64,000 bases of DNA from a virus (lineage: Duplodnaviria; Caudoviricetes). Location of the stretch: IMG/VR virus record IMGVR_UViG_3300032050_000002; one strand, written 5' to 3'. Each line of letters opens with the position of its first letter. Within the stretch, counting starts at the first letter, position 1. The position numbers and the translations under genes are program-made. The notes below the pieces were generated by a model. That model was not told where the DNA came from and ran no database searches. It saw only the letters and a program-made list of their open reading frames with translations. Shown one piece after another: positions 1 through 8,433 of this stretch.

Positions 1-2
1 AG

Positions 3-614
3 ACTATATCTCAAAAAACGGGCATATGTATACAAGTTATAATAAGAATATTAAAAGAAAACGGTGTTAAAATTGGTTCTTCAGGTAGAAGATTTATTGG
101 TGGTCGTAAAGTCGCAATGCAAAAATACGAATCTAAACCTGAAACCAAAGAAAGAAAAAGAAAAAATTATGACAAGTGGTATGAACAAAATAAAGAACAT
201 AGAAAAGATTATCTAAAAGAATATCGAGAAAAAAACATAGACAAAATTCGTGAGGTTAAACGTAACTATGAAAGAACTCGTAAAGCAAACGACCCCCTCT
301 ATAAACTAATCTCTAATTTTAGGACTGCAATATACCAAGTTTTAAAAGAAAATAATGTAGATAAAAACGGACATTATTTTGATATATTAAAATATACTCC
401 TGAAGAACTTATATCTCACTTAGAAAATCAATTTAAAGACGGTATGACGTGGGATAATTATGGGGAATGGCATGTTGACCATTTAAGACCTATTTCGGTC
501 TTTAATATAAAGGAAATCGGTGATTCTGAATTTATGAAATGTTGGTCACTTTCTAATCTCCAACCAATGTGGGGAGAAGAAAATATTAGAAAATCAAATA
601 AGATTATTATATGA
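3..614 (+). CDS. HNH endonuclease-like protein (5'-partial; frame open to window edge)
   Basis: C-terminal WHVDHLRPIS...CWSLSNLQPMWGEENIRKSNK HNH motif; basic helical middle; frame 3 is open upstream of the track's Met (TISQKTGICIQVIIRILKENGV, HTH-like). Confidence 0.75.
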   Translation, partial: TISQKTGICIQVIIRILKENGVKIGSSGRRFIGGRKVAMQKYESKPETKERKRKNYDKWYEQNKEHRKDYLKEYREKNIDKIREVKRNYERTRKANDPLYKLISNFRTAIYQVLKENNVDKNGHYFDILKYTPEELISHLENQFKDGMTWDNYGEWHVDHLRPISVFNIKEIGDSEFMKCWSLSNLQPMWGEENIRKSNKIII

Positions 615-965
615 GATAACACTTATGCTAATGTTGTAAGAATATAAAGTTTCTTTAGGGGTAATAATCATTTTATAAAGGTCGTATAGGTCATCTTTCA
701 TTTTCTTCTCATTCATTTTAATATCTGAACAATGATTAAAAGACCACAAACTAAAAAATATTGAGTCGTCATTTAACATATTATCATAACAATCTATATC
801 AACATGCTCCTCGATAAAATCAATATCTAAAACAATTAATACATCTGATTGTAATTCTCTAAGTATTTCTCTAACTCTTACAATCTCAACTCTTTTAATA
901 AAAGGATATTCTTTTTTTAGGATTAAATTGGTAACATTTTCAAATTTTTCTTTGTCGGTTTTCAT
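594..965 (-). CDS. hypothetical protein
   Basis: 123-aa ORF, A-rich start, GATATTTAT motif 7 nt upstream. Confidence 0.7.
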   Translation of the reverse strand: MKTDKEKFENVTNLILKKEYPFIKRVEIVRVREILRELQSDVLIVLDIDFIEEHVDIDCYDNMLNDDSIFFSLWSFNHCSDIKMNEKKMKDDLYDLYKMIITPKETLYSYNISISVISYNNLI

Positions 966-972
966 TGTATTT

Positions 973-994
973 AATAAATATCAAGATATTTATA
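973..994. promoter_or_regulatory. back-to-back copies of putative late promoter motif GATATTTAT serving divergent genes
   Basis: aataaatatc-aa-gatatttata between ORF starts at 965 (-) and 1010 (+). Confidence 0.55.
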
Positions 995-1009
995 TATAAA
1001 ATAATTTAA

Positions 1010-2146
1010 ATGAAAAACTTATTTATAATAACGGAAGATGAAAAGAAAAGAATTTTGGGTCTTCATGAGGATGCAACAAAAAGACAGTATTTAAGCGAAC
1101 AATATAATCCTAATACGGAAGTTTTAGTTGTTGGAACAGGTGACCAACCATCGGTTGTTTTTAATAAACAAACTAAAAAGGCGGTAAGATTTGGTAACCC
1201 TACTAGTGATACAAAAGTCAGATTAAGTAATGATAAAAATAGACAAGAAGGTGAGACTTACGCAAAAGACCCATCAATTATAAGTCAATATAAGTTTGCA
1301 GTAACAAATAAGAAAATACCAACTGACGCCCAAATAGCAACTCTTACAAAAACAATTACAAATACGGGTCTGACAAATCCAGTTCAAAAAAGAACCTTCC
1401 CAACGTCAATTGAACAATTAACTCAAAAAGGATATTATTTAAGAAAAGGAGATAAAGGACCTTTAGTTAAAACAATCCAAACTAAATTATTAGATGCTGG
1501 TGAAGATGTTAGTTTAACATCGGTATTTGATGATATGACAAAAAAAGCGGTAATGAGTTTCCAAACTAAAAATAATCTTATTAGTCCAAGAACAAAACAA
1601 CCTGATGGTATTGTTGGTCCTAACACTTGGGGAATATTATCTAAAGTAGTTAGACAGGATTCTCCTGTTAAAGATACAGAACCTTTAAAGTTAATATCAC
1701 CTAGTAATGTTCCTGCCGATTATGGGAAAACAAATCAAGGAGTTTCAAATCCTAATCAAACATCCGAAGAATATGTTGAAGGGGGTAAGTATAAATATGT
1801 TTTTATAGATAAAAATAAAAATTCCGAAGTTACAATTCCAAATGTATTTGTAGACAGGGGAACTATTCCTCAAACGAGGAACGAATATCCTTCTTCAGGG
1901 GTTATTACCGTAGTAAGGATAAAAGAAGGAGGGGTTTTATACTCATTGTTTCCAAGTTACCATGGTGGAAATGGTTATTATTTAGACTTAGAACCCGATA
2001 AAAATACACCAAATATTTTTAATAATGAACATTTATATGACTCTGATTTAAAAGTTAAATTAATCCCAAAATCTAAACCAATTAGAAGTACTGGTAGAGG
2101 CTCAGGATTGGCTAGTATGGAATTTGACCAATTTAATCAACCTTAA
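1010..2146 (+). CDS. peptidoglycan-binding domain protein with N-terminal leader motif
   Basis: LRKGDKGPLVKTIQTKL...AVMSFQTKNNL...DGIVGPNTW is a PG_binding_1-type repeat; N-terminus MKNLFIITEDEKKRILGLHE...YLSEQ. Confidence 0.8.
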   Translation: MKNLFIITEDEKKRILGLHEDATKRQYLSEQYNPNTEVLVVGTGDQPSVVFNKQTKKAVRFGNPTSDTKVRLSNDKNRQEGETYAKDPSIISQYKFAVTNKKIPTDAQIATLTKTITNTGLTNPVQKRTFPTSIEQLTQKGYYLRKGDKGPLVKTIQTKLLDAGEDVSLTSVFDDMTKKAVMSFQTKNNLISPRTKQPDGIVGPNTWGILSKVVRQDSPVKDTEPLKLISPSNVPADYGKTNQGVSNPNQTSEEYVEGGKYKYVFIDKNKNSEVTIPNVFVDRGTIPQTRNEYPSSGVITVVRIKEGGVLYSLFPSYHGGNGYYLDLEPDKNTPNIFNNEHLYDSDLKVKLIPKSKPIRSTGRGSGLASMEFDQFNQP

Positions 2147-2361
2147 ACAATTTCTTCTTTGGTATATGTCCTAATTGATTTTGATATTACTTCGGATTCT
2201 CCAAGACTAAAGACTCCCTGATGATAAGCATATTTAACCGCCTGTATTAACATATATGAGGCGGTTTTTTTATCCATCGTTGATAGTATAGTATCAAGAT
2301 GATTTTCATCGTATAAAGGTATCGTATTAAATAATTTTCCAAATAGTTTTTGCTCTTCCAT
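2143..2361 (-). CDS. hypothetical protein
   Basis: 72-aa ORF filling the gap between convergent and divergent genes. Confidence 0.65.
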   Translation of the reverse strand: MEEQKLFGKLFNTIPLYDENHLDTILSTMDKKTASYMLIQAVKYAYHQGVFSLGESEVISKSIRTYTKEEIV

Positions 2362-2400
2362 TTTGATATTGTTTGATATTTATATATAAGAATTTTTATT

Positions 2401-3381
2401 ATGAAAGACAATAGAATTGATAAAATAAATGAGGTAACATACACATTTCATTCAAGAGGTTCTTATAATCCCCCATTAAGACCTGGATTAAGAAAATGGT
2501 TAGATAATAGTAATGACCCTTTTTTTAAACCCGTATCTAACTATATTAACGCCGAAAATAACTATGATTCTTTAGACGGAAAGATGAGTAAGAATAATAA
2601 AAATATTAAAAAAAAAGAATCTACATCTAAAAAAATTAGAAATAAAGATTTTAATAACGAAGTAAATAATAAATTTGTGAATACACCTTATAAAAAGGTC
2701 GTTCAAAAAGTTAAAAAAAATAAAGACGTTATTGATTTATCGGAATCAAATACAAGTGTAAGCGCTGGACTTTATAATGGACCTATTGAATTGGGTTTAA
2801 AAAAATGGAAAAATGAAACCGCTCCATTTAGTAATGACGTTTCTCATAACCATAATAAAAAGGCTAAAAAATCAAAAATGAAAGATAATGTATTAAGAAC
2901 TGTCGGAGTGTGGGAAAAAGGAAAAGACGGTTCATATCATATACCAACACACGATGCTGGTGGTAAAAAACAAAAGAAAAAAACAGAATCGTTAGAAGAA
3001 TGGTTAGATAGAAATAAAAATGTTTTATATGAGGATTTGGCAGTTTGGTTTGGAACAAAAAAGAAACCTAAAGGTAGTAAACAACCAAAAGGTCCTTGGG
3101 TAAATATATGTCGTAAAGATGAAAATGGTAAACATCCCCCTTGCGGAAGACCTGAGGCGAGTGATAAGGCATATCCTAAATGTAGAGCGGCAGGTGTTGC
3201 GGGTAAAATGTCTGACTCTGAGAAACGTTCTGCTTGCCAACAAAAAAGAAGGGCTGAAAAATCCAACCCTAAATCAGGTACGGGAAACAAACCTAAACTT
3301 GTTTCCTATAAACCAAGAAATGAGAACACAATTAAAATAACCGAGGCTCAATTAGAAAGATTAATTAAATATCTTATTTAA
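2401..3381 (+). CDS. basic protein with C-terminal Cys-containing domain (putative head/internal protein)
   Basis: Lys-rich; WVNICRK...HPPCGR...YPKCR...RSACQQKRRAE; C-terminal IKITEAQLERLIKYLI; GATATTTATA at 2375-2384. Confidence 0.7.
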   Translation: MKDNRIDKINEVTYTFHSRGSYNPPLRPGLRKWLDNSNDPFFKPVSNYINAENNYDSLDGKMSKNNKNIKKKESTSKKIRNKDFNNEVNNKFVNTPYKKVVQKVKKNKDVIDLSESNTSVSAGLYNGPIELGLKKWKNETAPFSNDVSHNHNKKAKKSKMKDNVLRTVGVWEKGKDGSYHIPTHDAGGKKQKKKTESLEEWLDRNKNVLYEDLAVWFGTKKKPKGSKQPKGPWVNICRKDENGKHPPCGRPEASDKAYPKCRAAGVAGKMSDSEKRSACQQKRRAEKSNPKSGTGNKPKLVSYKPRNENTIKITEAQLERLIKYLI

Positions 3382-3631
3382 GAGTATCATTAATTATCGG
3401 TTCTTCCTCTATTTTAACCTCTTTTTTCTTTTTAATTTCTTTAATTACTTTAACGGTGTCGTAAACAATTACTTTTTGTTTTACCTTAACTGTATCGTAA
3501 TATGTTTTAACTTCAGTAGAATTTTCTTTTTTTGGGGTTATTAACGTTAATGTAATCATCATTAATACTAATGCGATTGGTAACATAACCACTGTAAATC
3601 CCATCCAAAATACGCCTTTAAACTTTGTCAT
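3374..3631 (-). CDS. small membrane protein
   Basis: single hydrophobic N-terminal helix (GVFWMGFTVVMLPIALVLMMITLTLI), charged tail. Confidence 0.7.
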   Translation of the reverse strand: MTKFKGVFWMGFTVVMLPIALVLMMITLTLITPKKENSTEVKTYYDTVKVKQKVIVYDTVKVIKEIKKKKEVKIEEEPIINDTLK

Positions 3632-4046
3632 TTGTGATATTTTTATAAATGTTAGATAATGAATGTTTTACGTTTGACCTAATCTCGTTTTCCATAACTT
3701 GTCTTCTAATCTCAACCTCGTTATCGAATGTTTTGAGTAACCTATCATAAGCCTTATATGTAAGGTCAATATTGTAACTGTAATGATGATTTACGATAGT
3801 AATCTTTCCGTTATCCATAATAACAAAGATTTGATTATCTTCACTCTTAATGTAACGTTTCCCTGAAATTGGGGAGATTAATAATTTTGATTTCTCTTTA
3901 TGAATAAGGTTTTTACAAATTGCCAAACACTCATACTCGAATTCTGAATGTTTTGGTTCGTTGGATTGATTACTCGCCCGTAATATTTTTAAACCAACTT
4001 TTTGAAAAAACCTAATTGTTTTGTGTTTTAGGTTGTTTGTATTCAT
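3618..4046 (-). CDS. hypothetical protein (start re-assigned to MNTNNLKHK at 4046)
   Basis: the track's N-terminal extension (4047-4094) consists of terminator and promoter DNA; ATG at 4046 lies 4 nt after TATCTTTG. Confidence 0.7.
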   Translation of the reverse strand: MNTNNLKHKTIRFFQKVGLKILRASNQSNEPKHSEFEYECLAICKNLIHKEKSKLLISPISGKRYIKSEDNQIFVIMDNGKITIVNHHYSYNIDLTYKAYDRLLKTFDNEVEIRRQVMENEIRSNVKHSLSNIYKNITNDKV

Positions 4047-4050
4047 ACCA

Positions 4051-4082
4051 CAAAGATAAGAACTTTTTTTTAATTGGCCAAA
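4051..4082 (-). promoter_or_regulatory. Bacteroidota-type housekeeping promoter (-33 TTTG / -7 TAnnTTTG)
   Basis: minus strand TTTG(4082-4079)-N20-TATCTTTG(4058-4051). Confidence 0.7.
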
Positions 4083-4106
4083 AAAAAATCCCACTTTTGT
4101 GGGATT
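4081..4106 (-). terminator. intrinsic terminator
   Basis: AATCCCAC-AAAA-GTGGGATT stem followed by a T run on the minus strand, right after the stop at 4113. Confidence 0.8.
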
Positions 4107-4112
4107 CTTTAT

Positions 4113-4592
4113 TTAACAATAAGGTGGGGAACATCGTTTTTTTCCGTCAGTTCCTGGTTGTTTTCCTTTACATACTTGGACTGCGTAACCATTTGCGTAT
4201 GCTGAAGGGTAAACTTTAAATTTAGATTTTGCTGCCGACTTACCTCTTGCACATAGTTTTGTTCCTGTTTTTTTACGACCTTCCATCATAACTTCATCAT
4301 CGGACCACATATCTCCTGAGTTTTTAGTTTCATTAATCATAAAGTCATACACTTGACTCATATTTTCTTTAGAAACTGTTATATGGTCATCCGCCCAATC
4401 ATGTCCGTTATTTAAAATATCCTCAACCATTTTTGGGTCTAAACTTAATAACTCTTCACATTGTCTTTTAATTTGCTCTAAATTAGAAAAGAACATATAA
4501 TTAGTTATACCATCATAGGTCTTTGATGTTTCATTAACTAGTTTACCAACTAATCTCTGTAATTGCTTTTCTGTGATATTAATCTTTTTCAT
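4113..4592 (-). CDS. protein with leader motif and C-terminal YPSAYANG (DUF5872-like) domain
   Basis: MKKINITEKQLQRLVGKLVNET leader; KLCARGKSAAKSKFKVYPSAYANGYAVQVCKG. Confidence 0.7.
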   Translation of the reverse strand: MKKINITEKQLQRLVGKLVNETSKTYDGITNYMFFSNLEQIKRQCEELLSLDPKMVEDILNNGHDWADDHITVSKENMSQVYDFMINETKNSGDMWSDDEVMMEGRKKTGTKLCARGKSAAKSKFKVYPSAYANGYAVQVCKGKQPGTDGKKRCSPPYC

Positions 4593-4878
4593 TTACAGTT
4601 TCTTTATCAATTAAATTAAGGTCTAATAAACGTTTTGTTAATGTCTTTCTACCAATCTTTCTTAGGTATCTAATAACAATTGGAGGTATGTCATCTTGGT
4701 ATTTTCCAAATAATGTTTTTATTTCATCTTCTTTTGGTGTTGCCTCGTAATCTGCTCTTGACCTTGCGGCTCTTTGTCCTCTCGGACCTTTTTCATAAGG
4801 AGCCTCGTCTTCAGACTCCTTTATTACTTTTTGAACTAATTCACTTAGTTGTCTTTCTGTTAATCTAATTGTTTTCAT
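4579..4878 (-). CDS. small protein with leader motif
   Basis: MKTIRLTERQLSELVQKVIKES N-terminus. Confidence 0.75.
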   Translation of the reverse strand: MKTIRLTERQLSELVQKVIKESEDEAPYEKGPRGQRAARSRADYEATPKEDEIKTLFGKYQDDIPPIVIRYLRKIGRKTLTKRLLDLNLIDKETVNEKD

Positions 4879-4890
4879 ATTTTATTATTT

Positions 4891-6660
4891 TTAATTATTT
4901 AATCCAAACATTCCACCTAACGCAATCGCGTCTAATTGTGTAATCGCCTTACCTCTTTCATTTGTCCACACAGGATGAGGTGGAGTAACTGTAAAAACCG
5001 TTACACCTCCATCACAAGTCTCACAAACAATATTTTCCGTACCTGCCGATAAAGGTTGATTACATAAGAAACAATTGCTATAGAATAATGTTGGTATATA
5101 TTCACTTGTATTTGGTAATATACAAGAATCTAATAACTCATAACATTCCGTACCACCATTTGCAAAAATAGGCCCTTGGTTTAATACTTTAGCTATGTTT
5201 TCTAACGTCATTGATAAATAATAAACTTGACCTGTTGTACACTCTCTAAGAGTAACCCCATATAATTGACCACAATCTTCACAAGAAGAATAAGTGTCAT
5301 CAACATTTGAGTAATATAATTCACCAATACCTATTTCGGTAACACTATCACCTATTGTTCCACAAACTGCTGGAGTTGTTCCGTAATTGGCTTTTATTAC
5401 AGGATTAACTAATTGACTATCAGACGGTATATTAACATATCCTTGCTCACCGTTACAAGTTGTAAATTCGTGTAGGGTGTAGAGTTCAGGTTTAGTTATA
5501 AATAAAATACCAGGGTCACAACAACAATCGGTACTATATACACCAATTGTTACCCAATCACCGGCATTGTAATTTATTGTAATTTGTCCTGCCTCGTTTA
5601 AACTAAATGCGAATTGAAATGTTGTGTAATCAATATTATTAATACCGTTAGGTTGATTAGAACTAACCCAATAAAAAGGCCAATCACATAATGGGTTGCA
5701 CTCGTCTATTGTCGACCAAAAATAATCTAAGGTTAAAGTACCCGATGTTTGAAATTGATGATACACGTAAGTTAATCCTTCACCTTCGTTGCAATCAACT
5801 TCCCCATCTGAACCTGAAATTAACCATGCGGGAGGTCCTTCAAAAGAAGGATTAAAATCAACAAAACCTCCAAAACTTTCGTAAGTTGACCAAGAATTCA
5901 AACATTCTGTACAACTACTATAAACAACTGTACTATTAACAACAGGTGTTCCTGAAAATGTTGATATAAAATCATTTAATGTAAAAAATGGTATTATGCT
6001 ATCGGCATAATCAATGAATTTACAAGATGTGGTACCCGATTGGAACAATATGGTTGTTCCTGTTACTAAATTTTGATGACTGTAAATAAATCCTACTTCA
6101 TCAGGATTTTCGCAATCGGTGTACGAATAATATCTACCCAAACAAGATGTACATTCTTCACAACTTTTACTAGGAGAATACTCAACTATGTTAGGTAACG
6201 GAATTAATTCAGTTTCTTCAAACGGAATTATATCAATAATTGTAAAACAATCATTAAAATATAAAATATTTTCACTTTCACTTTCACCAAAAAAATGGAG
6301 CTCAGGAATTGATAATATATCTCCAATTTCATATAGATTACTAACAATAATCGGGAATTCTGAGAAAAATTCTGAACCTGGATTACAAGATTGAACTAAC
6401 GCGATTAATGTGTTTGCACTAAAACAATCTAAACAGTTATCATATGTGCTAACATATGAATGTGTTGGCTCTATTTCAGTAACCTCCACTAATACCTCAA
6501 CACATTGTTTTTTAGAAGGACTATGTAAATCTTGGACTAATAATATTTGACCTGGCGTTAACTCGATATCTGAACCAACATAATATATTGGTCTGTTAGT
6601 TATTGAAATTGGGACGAATGATAGTTGGTCACAAGTTGTTGCTGAATAAACGTATAACAT
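4891..6660 (-). CDS. Cys-rich, acidic modular virion-type protein
   Basis: repeated YxxCxxC ends (YDNCLDCF, YSSCTECL, YSSCEDCG, YSNCFLCN) plus SCEECTSC; beta-rich composition. Confidence 0.7.
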   Translation of the reverse strand: MLYVYSATTCDQLSFVPISITNRPIYYVGSDIELTPGQILLVQDLHSPSKKQCVEVLVEVTEIEPTHSYVSTYDNCLDCFSANTLIALVQSCNPGSEFFSEFPIIVSNLYEIGDILSIPELHFFGESESENILYFNDCFTIIDIIPFEETELIPLPNIVEYSPSKSCEECTSCLGRYYSYTDCENPDEVGFIYSHQNLVTGTTILFQSGTTSCKFIDYADSIIPFFTLNDFISTFSGTPVVNSTVVYSSCTECLNSWSTYESFGGFVDFNPSFEGPPAWLISGSDGEVDCNEGEGLTYVYHQFQTSGTLTLDYFWSTIDECNPLCDWPFYWVSSNQPNGINNIDYTTFQFAFSLNEAGQITINYNAGDWVTIGVYSTDCCCDPGILFITKPELYTLHEFTTCNGEQGYVNIPSDSQLVNPVIKANYGTTPAVCGTIGDSVTEIGIGELYYSNVDDTYSSCEDCGQLYGVTLRECTTGQVYYLSMTLENIAKVLNQGPIFANGGTECYELLDSCILPNTSEYIPTLFYSNCFLCNQPLSAGTENIVCETCDGGVTVFTVTPPHPVWTNERGKAITQLDAIALGGMFGLNN

Positions 6661-6905
6661 TATTGTTTTTCTTTATTTTTAAATTTATCTAAAATGACAT
6701 CCATTTTTTCTTTAGGAAAGAATTTGTTAAAAAATTCTGAATTTTTATTTTCAGATGACCAAATTTTCTTTGGTTCTGAATTTATTTCTTTTTTGGACAT
6801 AACATTTTCTTTATATGACGTTTTGTCTTTTCTAATTTCATCAATAACCTTTTTCGCGTTCTCGACAAAAACATCCGTTTTATTTTTTTTAACTTTCTTT
6901 TCCAT
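6660..6905 (-). CDS. hypothetical basic protein
   Basis: 81-aa ORF; GATATTTATG motif at 6943-6934. Confidence 0.65.
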   Translation of the reverse strand: MEKKVKKNKTDVFVENAKKVIDEIRKDKTSYKENVMSKKEINSEPKKIWSSENKNSEFFNKFFPKEKMDVILDKFKNKEKQ

Positions 6906-6947
6906 TTTTTTATTTCTAAAATAATTTATTAATCATAAATATCTAAT

Positions 6948-8408
6948 TTATTTGTAATCTACAATCTGAAATTTAATTTGTTTCTTATAAGTATTCACTT
7001 CTCCCGAAGATTCCACTTTTAAATCTATATAATACTCATTTGGTATTTTATCTCTTGTATCAAATATAAAATAATACTCATTTGGAGTTCTATTAATTTT
7101 TGTCCAATCTTGGACTTGAACTTCCGTTTGTCCTTCTCTCACATAAATTCTATAAAAAGCGTCAACTTTTTGTAATAATTTATTCGTTGTATATGCTTGT
7201 TTTATAACAACACCAACTTTTCTAATATCGGTGTTAAATATTTTTTCATCTTGTTTAATTCCGTAATAATCAAACCCATATATCTTTGGGTCTTGAGATG
7301 TTGTCCCAATTTGATAAACACTTTTAAATGGTTGTAATGTAAACTCATTTAGTAATGGATTTAATGGAAATGTGTCAACACTTAGGTCATACCATTTATC
7401 TGTAAAGGTACAAGGTGTTTTATAACCCGATAACGGAGGAACAATAACTTCGTACACCCCTTTAGTTCTTTGGCAAGTTGTAAGACCTGTAAGACCGGCA
7501 ATAGGATTACCAGCATTATCTAATATATCGACTAAAGGATTATTATCTAAATTAATTGGGTTTCCGTTTTCATAAAGATATAGATATAATTTATTTGTTT
7601 TTCCTAAACTAAATAAATTTCTATCATCATCAATTAAATCGTTATAAGACGATTCTAAAAATGGTTCGTAAAATGTTTGTGTGTGTCTTGTAAAAAATTG
7701 AACTTCATAAACATCTGTTAACCCTGTTAAGTTTTCTAATTGGGGTTTAAACGCTACCACCCATCCAGTAATACCTGATAAAGAATTATCTAATATTGCG
7801 TTTATCTCATCTGTCATATCAAACTCGATATTTTCATTACCAAATTCAAAATGTTGAGTTGCAACCTCAACTAACGAAGAATATGGTACGGGTCCGATAT
7901 TTTTATTATTATAAATTCCATCCTCAGTCCAAACTCCTAATGTAGTTGTTTGAAACCAGTTTGATGGTCTATCTGAAAAATTTTTATCGATTTCTACATT
8001 ATATTGCAAGTCGGCAAAATCATAACCAACTCCCTCATCCCAAATTTGAGGTGTTTCGGGGTCGTCATTAATATATGGAATTCTAAGTAGAACCAAATCA
8101 AATGATGTTGCTCTTTGTCTTCCTTGGGATGTTGATGTATTTAAAAAATCAAAATTAAATGACGTTGTGTTCGTCATTCTTAAAATATGTTTCATACCTC
8201 CATCGCAAGGAGATATTGTACCATCATTATATTTTTGTTTTAGTAATGTTAAATCTAAATCAAAAATGAATCTACTATACCCACTAGGATATTGAGATGT
8301 TAATAAATTACCAAAGAATAATTCCGTAACAGGATTTCTTCCCGTATTGGTAAAACTATTTGAAATTATTGTATTGTTTTTACTGAAATAAGAATTAGTA
8401 ATTGACAT
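6948..8408 (-). CDS. putative virion/baseplate structural protein
   Basis: 486 aa, beta-rich with Ig-like C-terminus, adjacent to gp5-like gene; GATATTTATA at 8435-8426. Confidence 0.55.
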   Translation of the reverse strand: MSITNSYFSKNNTIISNSFTNTGRNPVTELFFGNLLTSQYPSGYSRFIFDLDLTLLKQKYNDGTISPCDGGMKHILRMTNTTSFNFDFLNTSTSQGRQRATSFDLVLLRIPYINDDPETPQIWDEGVGYDFADLQYNVEIDKNFSDRPSNWFQTTTLGVWTEDGIYNNKNIGPVPYSSLVEVATQHFEFGNENIEFDMTDEINAILDNSLSGITGWVVAFKPQLENLTGLTDVYEVQFFTRHTQTFYEPFLESSYNDLIDDDRNLFSLGKTNKLYLYLYENGNPINLDNNPLVDILDNAGNPIAGLTGLTTCQRTKGVYEVIVPPLSGYKTPCTFTDKWYDLSVDTFPLNPLLNEFTLQPFKSVYQIGTTSQDPKIYGFDYYGIKQDEKIFNTDIRKVGVVIKQAYTTNKLLQKVDAFYRIYVREGQTEVQVQDWTKINRTPNEYYFIFDTRDKIPNEYYIDLKVESSGEVNTYKKQIKFQIVDYK

Positions 8409-8433
8409 TCAAAAGTTATTTACTTTATAAATA

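Noticed and set aside
4047-4094. N-terminal extension MGFFFGQLKKSSYLCG of ORF 3618-4094
   Set aside because: It is translated terminator and promoter sequence; the true start is most likely 4046.
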